This document shows positions 13,065 to 25,399 of a stretch of DNA of 64,000 nucleotides, one piece after another (the stretch's first letter is position 1; each line of letters opens with the position of its first letter). This DNA comes from Rhodosorus marinus CCMP1338. Its lineage: Eukaryota > Plantae > Rhodophyta. The notes beneath the pieces are model-generated. The model was not told the DNA's origin. It did no database searches and saw nothing but the letters and a program-made list of their open reading frames with translations. The stretch spans positions 2,418,001 to 2,482,000 of the forward strand of contig JAMWBK010000002.1 of the NCBI GenBank assembly GCA_029953675.1, written 5' to 3'. Both the position numbers and the translations under genes were made by a program.

Positions 13065-13365
13065 AAAGCCGGTGAAGAGGAAGTCTCAATCATCTCTGTA
13101 TGAATATCACAAAGCTCATGACCATAGAGAACCGCCAACCAAAGTAGTAGGATCCTCTCGTACTGATCAGACTCCTTGGATACCTGGTGCTCATCCACAC
13201 CCAAGCAAAAGCGAAGAGGGAGGTCAAGATTACAAAGCTCGACAGACGAGATGAAGCATTTCGAGATAGGAGCTACGAATCATCACCAGGATCTCTCTCG
13301 TCCTGATCACTCTGGTTTCGCTAGCACATCACCCAGCTTGAGTCGAAAGCCGGTGAAGACGAAGA
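13065..13365. repeat. Degenerate ~140-bp tandem repeat (about 2.1 units)
   Basis: aaagccggtgaaga at 13065 and 13346, with the variant aaagcgaagagg at 13208. aggatc(c/t)ctcgt(a/c)ctgatca at 13149 and 13288. Confidence 0.55.
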
Positions 13366-14325
13366 TGTGACGACGAAACCTTTTTTTTTGACATGCGACT
13401 GATGAGGCCAGTCGACTACGGAGTTCCTTTTCAAATTCGGCGCAGAGAGGACGTTAAGGGGCACTTGACTGCTACCCCGTAGAGAAGCTGGGCAACGTCT
13501 GGGTTGGATATTGATCGAATTAGTGGTGCGCTGCATTAGTCACCTGTAGTGAAGGCTACGGTTACTCGTCCATACTTTTTGGCTTTATGGCCGGTGGTCC
13601 GAAAGCGCACGACTGTGTCGTTCGTCTACAAATACGTCCTTCAGAGCCGTGAAGACGCTAAAGGAAAATGTAGCTTCCGGATCGCATGGATGGCGCTATT
13701 TCCTCTCCTGTTAATTGGAAACCTGAATTCTTCAAGTCGATGTGACGTGGATACCACCACGGGTCGCGTCGTTGAGAACTGGTTGACTTTTCGAGCTGAG
13801 CCTTTGGGCAGGAAAGACTTTTCGACTGCTATTGAGGATGCAAATCCGGCCGAGAAGGAAATCGACATCAACCACCGGCTGGACAGGCCTGTCCCACGTG
13901 GCGGCCCTGTTTCATTCAACGCTGTTGGAGAAGCAGTACCTCGTGTGATCGCGAATGTGGCGTGACCTTTCCCATCCTAAACTCTTTCTCGAAGTTGATC
14001 ATAAATCTAGCAGAGTTTCCAGTTGACCACATCTGTCTGTGGGACTCCACGAGCAAGTACAGTGCTTGCAGCGACCAAATGTCAATACTCAGTTGAGGAC
14101 GGCTGATGCTTCATCCTCGATGTCGTGCTTTGTTCATGGTTAAGACAGTCACAGACGTGCTTTGCGTACGAAAGTGAGGATCCCTACTCTGAATACTTCA
14201 TTGATTTCCGTGTTTGTGTCGCTCGTGTAGACCCGAAAGCACCCCTATCCAAATGTACTTACGACTCCAACCTGAACGAAGCTGCGGGGCTCGAGGCACA
14301 TCTACAAATGTTTGTTCAGGTTACT

Positions 14326-16323
14326 TTAGTCTGTGCTGGATTCTGCCGGGTTTTCCTCCGCAGGAAGTGCGGCCGATGGAGTGTCTACAACTGCAACCTC
14401 GGTAGCATCGTCTTCCACTAAGAGCTTCTTCAGGGAGTCAATCAACGGCCTCGCATCTGGTCCAAGGCTGCTGACGATCGTCTGCCAAGCAAACAGAAAC
14501 GGATACTTTTTGGTGAGACTTGCCAGGTCCTGTTCCGCGTAGTCGATCTTTCCACAATCTATGAGTTCTTACCTCAGCGCTGTTAAGCAACTCCTGGACG
14601 TCGATCCCCATTTCCTTAAGCATCGATCTCATCTCCTGCGCCTCTTCCGGAGAAACTCCTTGCTCGCTCATCAATTGCTGCAGTGCGAACATCATCTGCA
14701 TCACGTCCGCGTTCACATCTTCTCCCATGCCACCTGGCCCTCCGACGTTTTCTTCGCTGAAAGTAGATTTTAATTTCTCCATCATTTCCTTCGCCTGCGG
14801 GTCAAGATTCGCTTGCTCCATTGCCTCCTGCATCATGGCCTTCACAACCTCCTCGTACATGGCGCTTGCACTGCAAAGGGCCGCAGCAAGCAGAACAAGA
14901 TGGTAAGCAACACGAGAGTCTTCCAACTTGAGCATTGCCATTCGCGCTTACCTTTCGGTTGAAACACCAAGCAGGACCTGCAGATCTTCAAGCTCACGTG
15001 TTCCAGTTTGATCTTGTACGTTTCCTTTTGCCAATACGGCCATTGCGTGGAGGCGGTATATTTCTTCAGACATCTCCGCCCCTAAAACGCTTCCAGGGAG
15101 GGTAACCTTCCAAAGTTGGAAAAGGGGATTGCATGAATGATACGATACATGCAAATTTGGATCAACTATGTCTCTCATAAAAGGCGTACCGAGATTTCCT
15201 TGCCGAAGGCGTCCTTCGCGAGGGACCGACCGCGAGCAACGGTCGTCGCTAGCGCTTGGATCTCTCGCAGAGGAGGTGGCTTAGCAGCTGATGACATCAT
15301 CGATTCCAGATCTCCGACGATCTTGCGCACTTGGTCCTCAACTACTGCAACTGATACAGAACTGATAGTGGCAGCGGCCTCAACATCGGTCAAGTTTGAC
15401 GATTTCGCCGCGGCTGTCGCTTGGGCCACATCGCTCTCACCACTCACGTACTACAAGGAAGAGATACCACGAGTGTGAGAACAACGCACGGCCGACTTCA
15501 AGCGACCGCCTTGTGACTTTGAGAGCCAAAAGCAAAATGGAAACTGAAATTATCTACGACAATGAATGCTCCTCGTTACCTTGACGACGACTTCTTCAAA
15601 CGAGGCTGTGGAATCAGCCGACTCAGGACTAGTCGTTTCGGACTGAGCGCCTGTTTCCGGTTCAGGCGTTTCCGATGCAGGGGGAGCCTCCGACTCAGAT
15701 TCCGTTGGCGGGGTCTGGAAGATATCCAGTTTCACAGCCGGAGCACGAGTTCGCGCAGGTTTTCTTTCCCTGAACTTGTATTTCGTCTTGGATTTTTCCA
15801 GAATTTGTTTGGCGATTGCAGCAGTGTCCTCTCGTTCCTTCCTCTGTGGTCGTGCTCCCGTTTTCCACTCCGCATCGCTTATGCCCGGCGAGGTTGATTG
15901 CAAGTCTTGCTGGAATTTCTGAACCTGTCTCTGCTGAAATCGCTGAAGGGCAAAATAGCCGCCGCCAACCGCAGCGCCAACTGCTACCACATACGGTGCA
16001 GCTTTCAACCCCGTCATCGCCGCATTCTTAACAGCCTGCATGCTTTCGTTGCCCTTGTCCTGCCTTTTTTTCGTCTCCCTCTCAGATGGAAGAACAAATT
16101 CCGCCGCCGACTCCGTCATCCGAAACATGGCTCCCCCTCCTCGGGCCGCCATCGCCTGATCTGGGCGTCCAAGCAGACTGAACCCGGCGGCGACTACAGC
16201 AGCAGCCTTCTTCCAGCCATCTTTCCTCTCCCGATCCAAGCTGCAAACTACAGTCTGCCGATTCGAGACTTTCCCACCTCTCTGTAAAACCAGACCATTG
16301 CCCACGAACGCCTCCCCATCCAT
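14326..16323 (-). CDS. Hypothetical plastid-targeted membrane protein, multi-exon
   Basis: Transit-peptide-like MDGEAFVG…, hydrophobic AAAVVAAGFSLL…AMA, a TM helix (AAPYVVAVGAAVGGGYFAL), a Pro/Glu/Ser linker, then helical exons joined at GT-AG sites (VVVK|YVSGE…KEIS|…VSTE|SASAMYEEVVK…) to TAA at 14326. Confidence 0.75.
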
Positions 16324-18346
16324 TATGTAATGGATCTCCATCTCCACTGCCAACACCAACTGCAGCCAGCCACCCCGCAAAACACCTGTTCTCCCAAAAG
16401 GCCTAACCCCAGACTAACCAAACCTAAAAGTACAGACCAAAACTCTGTCCGCGTCGTCCAATCGTCGCTCCATTCGCGCTCCCCATCCCCTCCTCCCCAA
16501 CTTTATACTCATATGTATTTATATTGCTCACGTCCACGACAAGGAAACGCGCGGCAACATCTTCATCGAGCGATTCAAGAAACGCGGCCGGAAAATGGGA
16601 CGATCACACGCAAATACATAAATCTCACCCCGCAAAGGGAGGAGGAGGATACGGCTTATAGTTGTCAGACTCTATGATCACATTTCTTTTTCCTGCTGTC
16701 CGCAGAGAACCGCCATCGTTTGTAAATTAAGAATCAAGTTCATCTCTCCGTTGAGACCGTTTGATGAGAGCTCTTCCAGAGCTCTCAAACGGGGTAGATT
16801 GGCCGCTGACCTTCTCTTCTCCGTGGGGGGGTAAGCGGGGAGGGTTGTTAAGAGGCTTAGATCCTCGGTCACTGCTTTACAAATTCTTTAGCACACTGGT
16901 TTTGACCTGCATCCACATCCTCCGATTGAAACCGACAGCTCTAGCTGAACATCGCGCAGTGAACCACCGAGGAATTAGGAAGGATTTTCCAAATTTGGCG
17001 TTTTTGGTCATGTTTAATCGTTTGTTCTAAATTTAGAAACAGGTGAAATTGAGTTGAGGGGTTATTTGCGCAGTATGCTTGGGGACATTATTAAGCATTC
17101 AAACAAAATCTAACATCTTTCTGAAAAAGCATGGTGACCCTAGACCCGTGGATACCATCAGGAGAAACTACGGTCGGTCGTCGATGCTGACCAAAATTTT
17201 CGATTGTCGAAATTCTACGTGCTGAGCCAAGCATTATTTTTTGGATGAATGGACATTGTGGCGATGGCGAAGATCGCATACTTAGACATGCATTTCATCG
17301 CAGTCGATGCTCTCTCCCGGTCGTATCGAAGCCGGTCGAAAACTTCCTCTCTTTCGAGTTCTAGGATCCTCTCTGCGCTTCGAAGTCCCAAGCTGTGGTT
17401 TCAGCAATCTTGTGTTATCCCACGGCCGCTGTCCTGAACTTCGTCGATGATTCCGGTTCGTTGACAGCTACGGTTATGTAGCGGAGATTCAACGCACCGC
17501 TCATCCATCAGGACTCCGAAATGGCCTATGCGACAGAAAGCTTACGGTGGCCAGAACTCGATCGCCTTGTGTGGTAATGTTTACGGATGTATTCTGGTAG
17601 TACCGAAATTGACCAACTGGCGAGGGCATGGCATCATACGGTGACGCCAACGTCTTCTGTGCTTTGCGAGTTGCGTGGGCGGCGCTACAGCTTGCCATGA
17701 AAAATATATGTGTGACCGGCTGTTACTGGTCACGGATGAGAAATCCATTTCCGCGATAATACCTTTGCTTTCCTCCTTAGAGCCAACTCGTATCAACCAG
17801 TCGCGGCTCCAGAGTTTGGGAAAGCCCCTGGGGCTCTTTACCTCACTTGCATCCTGGCTCACCCAGAGCTAGCACTCACTGATTTTGAACTGCGCACGTG
17901 CCTCCGCCTGTGCTTGGGGATCGACTTGCCGCCCTGGTCTGGTCGTGGACTAGACACTGCAAGTTTTGTTCAGAGCGGCCGCTCGGTAACTGTGGTGCCC
18001 GTCTGCTCGCGAGCTGTACGGCGGTGGAAGGTGCGCGAACGGCTGGGCGAACCTGTGTGGCCAGCGCATTCCCCTTTGCACAAAGTCCGATTCAGCATCG
18101 CTCGAGCTTTGCTTAATTTGCTTGGCAGGGTTCTGAGGTGTACAGTGACTCTCTCAGGAACTCATCCGCTTGTTTGCCTAATCGGTCGAAGGTCTCCCTG
18201 CAGAATGGCACGAAGATGCCATCGGCGACCATACCGATGACTTGCATTTCTTTCTGCTTGACGAGGAGTAGTGGATCGTACGATATCACGAAGCGCTCTG
18301 CGATTCATAATCATTTAATATATCTACGATACATATGTGCGGCTGC

Positions 18347-18751
18347 TTAAATAGGTCTCGATACGTTGACATACCAGATCTCAACAGTCACACGATTCAG
18401 TCCTGCAAGTATATCGATGACCAGTCGAGGATCATCCTGGAAAGGATTTGAACGCCACCTATCGTTCGCTGATACCAGTAGACGGCCCAATCCAGAGCCG
18501 TTGTACAACTTCCACTTGAGACTCAAGAAATAACAGCCGCAATCAACACCTTCTGTCAGTTTGTTGTCTTGCTCGTCGCAGGTGATTGGGTCTCTCACAC
18601 TCTGATAGTCCACGCCTCCCCCCGTTGCCGGCGGCATATCAAAAACTGTCGGAACACCTCGAGCCCAGGGCACCACACTCCCTTCCGCATGGATAAAGGC
18701 TCCTGTGACACGGACGCAACATGCTAGAAGCAGACACAAGCTCCTTCTCAA
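18347..18751 (-). CDS. Hypothetical secreted protein
   Basis: Signal-peptide-like MRRSLCLLLACCVRVTGA followed by a Cys-containing globular-looking segment. I found no in-frame downstream exon. Confidence 0.4.
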   Translation of the reverse strand: MRRSLCLLLACCVRVTGAFIHAEGSVVPWARGVPTVFDMPPATGGGVDYQSVRDPITCDEQDNKLTEGVDCGCYFLSLKWKLYNGSGLGRLLVSANDRWRSNPFQDDPRLVIDILAGLNRVTVEIWYVNVSRPI

Positions 18752-21700
18752 GAAACGGCAAGGCTGCCCTCCTCCACCTGGGAGAAGAATTTTCAGCGCA
18801 GCAATCCGATTTCCTCACTATCTGAGCCATTCAGTTCAATCAACTTTACCAGCGCAGTCAATAGAAGCTCACGATGCTACTGATTTCAACAAAGCAATCC
18901 TCTACCGAAGTGAGCAGAACAGTGCAATGGCAGCGTTCCTGAAGTAACCTAGAAAGACGAGGGTCAGTAACTAGACGGTGACATTGGGAGTCAGGTGGTA
19001 ACCATCCTTGGCAAAGGTCCGCGAAACGCTGCTTCGAGGTTCAGTCCATGCGCGCTGAAGGAAACAACATTCAGGTTCTGTAGAATGTCGACCTTGACAG
19101 CCCATGTACACGAAGAACCCAAAAACATGCTGCGGCTGCCATGTTCCCGTGAACCTTCCCAGCTAAGCCAGAAGAGTAGCTATCCTGAATCTTAACAGTG
19201 AAAGACCACAGCCCAGGACCGAAGCGTGCTGGGGGGAGTGCTATGCCGGAGACTAGAGTGGATGGTGTGCGTGGAAGGGTTGGTTGCCTTTCTAAGGCAT
19301 TTCTACTCTGAGGGAACGATTCTGGAGGAAAACCCTCAAACTCCTATGGCAGAGTTTCATTGGACAAAGTTGCGACTGTTCACATTCATCCGGAGTAAGC
19401 GGTACGGGGCGGTGTGGGGCGGGACGAAACTAGTTTCCTCGCACCACGAAACTGACTCTACGACAAAGGTGGGATTTCAGATTGGGACGGAGCTTGAAAT
19501 ATTAGAAGTAGGGCTTTTTCGGTAGTAAAACTCTTACTTCGAGATTATGAGAAACTCTAGTTTGCCTCTTTTGCGCAGAGTTGTGGCGCCACTCAGCAAA
19601 ACCTAGCACACAAGATGTCCACTCGGCTTCTGACACGACGCTCGAAACAAATAGAGAAGCTGTTTGCTAGCACAGCCCCGACCACATGTTGCCCACACCA
19701 AGCTACAAAGAAAGCCGAAAATTTCGATACAAGAAACTCAAAATGGCGCTGAGCGGAAAAGCTAACCACGTCCTCAGCACAGATTCTGTTAAAACGCGGT
19801 GTGCGATAAGTTACAATTCACGCCAGTAAAGCTTTGCCGTCACAACCCCAGACAACCAAAAAACAATTAAACTGTTCAAGTTTAATAGTATTCTATTTTA
19901 CTGACTATGGTGCCGCGTAGCTTCCGGACTCAGGGCACTCGTACGTTCCCGTGTTGAATGGATCCAGCAGATAAGGCTCTGCACCAACACACCCCGTTTA
20001 TCGTGTGGGGAAGCGATAGGTATATGGCCTGGGGTGTGCTGCTCCTTTGTCCTTTTTTGTTTTTTCCTTCTATTCTCTTCGAACTGAGTATTTTCGGAAA
20101 CCCGCGATGACCATGCACGTTGCCCCATCCGTTTTTCTTATTGTTTCGAAGAAATTTCACCACTGTATTGAACAGCTTGCTGAACGTGCGCTTCAGAAGA
20201 ATCCCAAACTCAGGCCATACACAAGAAAAGTGGGCTATTTTTATTGACTTAACAGATTCTTATAAAGCCCTAGTTCCAATGACAAGGATGTGGATGGCAC
20301 TGCTCTCTCTACATAGCGATCAGATAACTTGTCGTTCTCAATAGCGAGATCTCGTTGAGCGCCAGAATTCCGAGCACGGTTGTAAGATCATTAGTTCCAT
20401 CGCTTTCGTAATGTTAGAGCGCGGCAGGAAGAGGAGCTTTCTCTCCCTCGGACTTAGCTTCTTTTTTTGCCGTCGACACGCTGGGAAGTTTTTTACGGAA
20501 GAAGCGCGTTTGTCTGACCAGCACAAGAACGCACGCCATGTCCCCGGCCACGGAACAGTTCGGGCGGCGCTTTGTTGACTAGCAGCCAGCGGTTACCGAT
20601 TGCTAATAGGGACGATCCTAGACTAGACGGAGAAGACCGCGCAGTTGAAAGCATTGAAAAGTTACACGTGAATGGTAGCTAGATGAAAGCGCGTGTTTGC
20701 GTCTTCCTATACCTCTTTCCTCTCTATGCTTAGGGTCCATATGATATGGCAACGCGTGCTCTTCCCTTGCGGCAATGAACTTATCACCTCAAGATGACCG
20801 TTAAGGGTCTCTTCATTGGCCACAAGAGGACTGGCAGAAATGCGCATCGCTTTTCGCTTCGAAATAATCTCATTCCTTAACGAGGTGAAAAGACATCAAC
20901 CTTCCCACCACCACGTCGAAGCATCTTCAGAAATCAATTTAAAAATAAGCAGAAAAAGATAAACGCGGCGATTGCCCAGCTCCAAGTGCGTGCTCTACGG
21001 CTCAACAGACGATCAACGCATCGACATATAGGCATCAATGCTCCACGCAATTGACGCGCAGCTCGAACAAGCCTTTCGAAAAAGCATTAAGTGTATCAAA
21101 GACCGAAAAAAACAAGACCAAAGATGATTCTCATCATACCACTGAGCCGGGGCCTTAACAGCTCCGAAGTTTGGGGAGAAGGAAGTGTCCACAACGATCC
21201 ACACCTTCTTCCTACCCAAAAACCTAAAGATCAAAGGGAAAGGTGCGAGAATCACGAACCCAGTCCCAACCATCGTCTAGCAACTTGGCAATACTGTCCC
21301 ATGCTCTGAAAATCCCTATTTGTCTTTAAAATACAAATACAATAATTGTATTACTGCTACCACTCACAACCCCTCCCCCAACTCTTTTCATGAAGCGAAA
21401 ACAAGGTGCACTTCTTCCTCCTACCCGTGAAAAAGTTCAAATTACAATATCAAGATCTGAAATTTGAGTTAAAACTAGATTGATTTACTGCAGCAGGATA
21501 ACTGGAGTTTTCCCGGCCCCCTGTTCGTCCGTTGTGGTGTCCATGCTGGACCAAAGTAGTCCCCAATTGGTCAAAGCAAGCAACAAACCCGGGGGTGAGA
21601 CCGCCGCCCCCCCGGGGTTTGGCGGACGTCCTACGTGGGAATTGAACGAATTCTTGGGGGAGGCTTAGAAGGCTCTTCTGGGGCTATGGAATCTGATTTA

Positions 21701-24259
21701 GGATCAACTGGTACCAATCGTCCCTGGTGTACTCATGAGGATTGGAAAGAAAGTAATTAGCGGGGCTTTGGTTGGATGAATGGATAGATTTAGGATTAGG
21801 AACACAAGGTAGTCCTCGATTCCTAGCTGTCGCTTCAGCGCTTTACCGTCACTCACTGGGCTTATGCTGGCACCTTGAATTGGACAAGGATCTAGCGCTT
21901 AAGAGGCTTATCGACCGACATTGACGTCTTGGAGTTGCACGCCAAGTCACATCGTGCTGTGGCAAGAAATTCGCTACACTGCGGAGACTGCAGAAGAAAT
22001 TCGCTGACTATTAGCTTCAGAGACTGAAGCCTTCTCACGGCTGTTGGGTCAAAAAGCTTTTTGCTGCTTGTTAGCAACGCTGGTCGGTTGGGGGGGATGA
22101 CATTATCCAATCACTATATTGGAGAATTTAACCGCAATTTTAGAATTGCCCGGGGGAGACAGGAGCTTACTCCTTGGGGGGGTGCGATGGCTAAGGTGGA
22201 TTTTCGCCGCTTCGGGAGACACTCCAAAAGACGACAAAAAAAGGACAACAAAATCAGAGATCCTCGCTGGAAGTGGTACACATAATTCTATTGTATAATA
22301 AAAGAAAAAAGACCCTCCGGTTGTCGGTGTAGGGAAACTGGATTCGATTAGATATATGTTCTATCGTAAAAAAAACCCTTCATGAGGAAATTTTTTTTTC
22401 AGGCCGACCGAGAATCCCCCCAAAATTCTTCTTGAAGATGATGGTTTTTCTTCCCCAAAATTCAGTCGAATGATCTTTATTTTTATTCTTTTATGCGGAC
22501 GTTTTGAGTGGGCTCGCTGCGGGGTCTGGCACGGGGCCATTGGAGCCTTCTTTTCTCGGACGAAGCTGTTTCCAACACTGTCCAAAACCGGAACAAAGTC
22601 AGATATGAAACAATTAAAGGAAATAGTTCATCCGAAAGTTTGCTCTCTTGTGATTGGTCTAGTTCGGACAGCCCCTAATAGAATTGAGCAATTTACCTGA
22701 AAGTTGCCGTATGCCTCGCATACATTCGTGAATACCAACGTGATCATTTTCACGAAGAAAGTCGATGATTTTCGAAAAAGTTCGGATATTCAAGTGGGTT
22801 CAATTTTGGAGCAGTTCACTCAGATTTACGTTGGTGGCGTTCCTAGCTCAAAATGATTGGATACTGGCGCAGAGCACGTTTCGCTTGGTCCTGGGGAGTT
22901 ATCCGTTAATTAAGAATTAGTCGAATTAAAATACGACAATTGAACACCAAAACATGCGAGACCTTCTTTTTCTCTCATTTTTTGTTTCGAAGGTGTCTAA
23001 ATATAACAACTATATGCTAGATTTGTAGAGTCCAGGTTTCTCCACTCTCGTCAACGGAGCTTGTTAGGGCTTGAATTGGTTAGATTCAAGGAAAGTTGGG
23101 CCTAAATTATGAGCGGCAATGTACTTTTTTTGGAAGGTCAAACGTGTGAAAAGTTAGTTCTCGCGGAATGTCTTCTCTACAAACTCCGTTTTCGGAGCTC
23201 ACGGGGGGCGAGTGTGGGAAATAAGGGGTTATGCCGTAGACTAGCCCCAAAACGCGGTTTGGTAAAAGACAGGAGACGAAATAGGTGAATCAGAGACTTT
23301 TCTAAGCAAAACGGTTGTATATCCTCCCCCCCCCCCGGCACCTACCGCTCTATACGCGTCGTTTTAAGTCTAGAGCACATCGGGACTGTAGGGATTCCCC
23401 AAGACAGCAGGATTTTTTACCCCCTTTAAAAAGAAAAAGAAGGAAAAACCCTCACGCACTTCATGGCCCCTCTCTTTTTCATTATATGCTTCTTTTTTCG
23501 CGAATGTAATGAGTTGACGGATGTCCCGTTCGGTATATAATTCTAAAGCAGTTATTCATCTATTGACACGCTTTCCATGAGAATTCTTTTATTATACAGT
23601 CTGAATACACTGTTATGATTGAAGAGCAGACACCAATATGCATAAATAAAAATCGAGGTTCTAGAAAAGAACGAAAAAATTGGAAGCGGGCAAAGAAGGC
23701 CTGCCGAGAAAACCCTTCGATTTCAAATAAACAGAGAGCAGAAAAAACCCTGTTTTCTTCCCTTTTTGCCTGCTTAGATTCCTTGCAGGACTGCTTGGCA
23801 CAAAGTGGTGTTTATTTAGGATTCTTGACCTTTTTTTGTTTTCGGTCAAATTACGTATAAGTGAAGGCTAGCTTGTAACGAACGGCCTAAAGAGCTCGCG
23901 GATGTCTTTGTTGGGAGAGGCAGGGGGGGGGGTTTGGTTGGGGGAAGAGGAATAGTATCGAGCGAGTGTATATGTGTTTGTGTGCGTGGGTGAAGGAGAG
24001 TGTGGGATCTCTGGTCGCGTTTGTTGTGCGCGTATACATACTGGCTTGTAAATTCGAAAGCTTGCTTGGGTTTCGGGGGTTGTTGCGGTAAGACGAGAGG
24101 GAATTTGTTTTTGTTGAGGGGGGATTTGGGAAGAATGGAGCGAATCGCAGTGTCATAAGACGTTTCTTATTTAAGACTGTGAGAAGGGGAGTGGGGGGTG
24201 GTCGGGTGACTGTACTTATGGTATTTGTAGAGCGGTGAGAAGTTTGTTGTATAGGAACC

Positions 24260-25399
24260 ATGTCGTCCGGTGCGTTGTTGTCTAGTGATGAAGGTTCTCA
24301 AAGGAGCCTCGAGAGATGTGACTCCGAGCGGAGTGGAAGTTCTTCGACTCAAGGAAGGGATAGGAAGCGAGGAAGAGAAAGCGCTAATGACTCGGGGCAA
24401 GGTGATAGATTAGTGAGGATTCAGGAAATCGCGAGGAGTGCGTGTATGTCACCGAAGAGCAAGGCCAAGGCCATGCAGAGGATCTTCAGCGAGCCCGCAA
24501 CATCCAAGCGACGAACAGGCGACGACGAGGAGCTGGAGGTGGTAGTGGAGAACTCAGAAGCTTCGCAGATTGCCGATGGCATCAAAGTGAGCATATCGAA
24601 GATTCCGAAAAAGGACGATGGAAGATTCGGTTGCAAGCACTACGTGCGAAAGTGTGCATTGGTTCCTGCTTGTTGCAATGAAGAAGAGAACGCAACGCCG
24701 GTTTTGTATATGTGTCGACTATGCCATGATGAGAAGGAAGGTCATACGATGGACCGATATGCGACGAAAAAGGTTGTGTGCTTGCTTTGCAGTACCATGC
24801 AGGACGTTGGCGAGAAGTGTGTGAATTGTGAGGAGACGTTTGCGAAGTACTTTTGCGGTGTGTGCAAGTTCTACGAGGATGAGGACAAGAACATCTACCA
24901 CTGTTCCGACTGTAACCTGTGCCGGTTGGGGAGACAAGAGGACAACCAGCATTGCAATCGTTGTGGAGCTTGTATATCTGTGGAATCTTTCCCAAAGCAC
25001 AAGTGTCGCGAGGGATCGTTGGACGCGCATTGCCCAATTTGCACAGAATATTTGTTCACGTCCGTGGAGAAGGTGGTGATTTTGAGATGTGGACATAGCT
25101 TGCACCACAAGTGCTTCCAAGACTACATTAAGGGAGACTTTAGGTGCCCTTTGTGCTTGAAGAGTGTAGCAGACTTCAAACCGTTCTTTGCGAAATGGGA
25201 AGAGATGCACAGAGAAGCGCTTCCTCCAGACCTGGCGAACAGAATGGTGTATGTGGCCTGCAACGATTGTCAGAGGAAGTCGAATACGCCTTTTCGAACG
25301 CAGTTTATGAGATGTATGCATTGCTCTAGTCACAACACGAGACCAATCGGGAGGGATGAGGCGGAGCCAGCAACGGCAGAAGCTGGGACCCTTCGCTAG
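24260..25399 (+). CDS. RCHY1: CHY zinc finger / CTCHY / RING-H2 E3 ligase (RCHY1/Pirh2-like)
   Basis: FGCKHYVRKCALVPACC (CHY); YFCGVCKFYED…YHCSDCNLCRLG; RING CPICTEYLF…CGHSLHHKC…CPLC; C-terminal CNDC…CMHCSSHNT zinc ribbon. Single exon. Confidence 0.92.
   Translation: MSSGALLSSDEGSQRSLERCDSERSGSSSTQGRDRKRGRESANDSGQGDRLVRIQEIARSACMSPKSKAKAMQRIFSEPATSKRRTGDDEELEVVVENSEASQIADGIKVSISKIPKKDDGRFGCKHYVRKCALVPACCNEEENATPVLYMCRLCHDEKEGHTMDRYATKKVVCLLCSTMQDVGEKCVNCEETFAKYFCGVCKFYEDEDKNIYHCSDCNLCRLGRQEDNQHCNRCGACISVESFPKHKCREGSLDAHCPICTEYLFTSVEKVVILRCGHSLHHKCFQDYIKGDFRCPLCLKSVADFKPFFAKWEEMHREALPPDLANRMVYVACNDCQRKSNTPFRTQFMRCMHCSSHNTRPIGRDEAEPATAEAGTLR

Noticed and set aside
14548-14572. Apparent ultra-short 25-nt intron
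   Set aside because: A better CAG acceptor 18 nt further on gives a 43-nt intron in the same frame.
21585-21620. GC-rich hairpin aaacccggggg…cccccggggttt, and the 14-bp palindrome ctgtcccgggacag at 38258-38271
   Set aside because: Single isolated occurrences with no associated element ends or target-site duplications.
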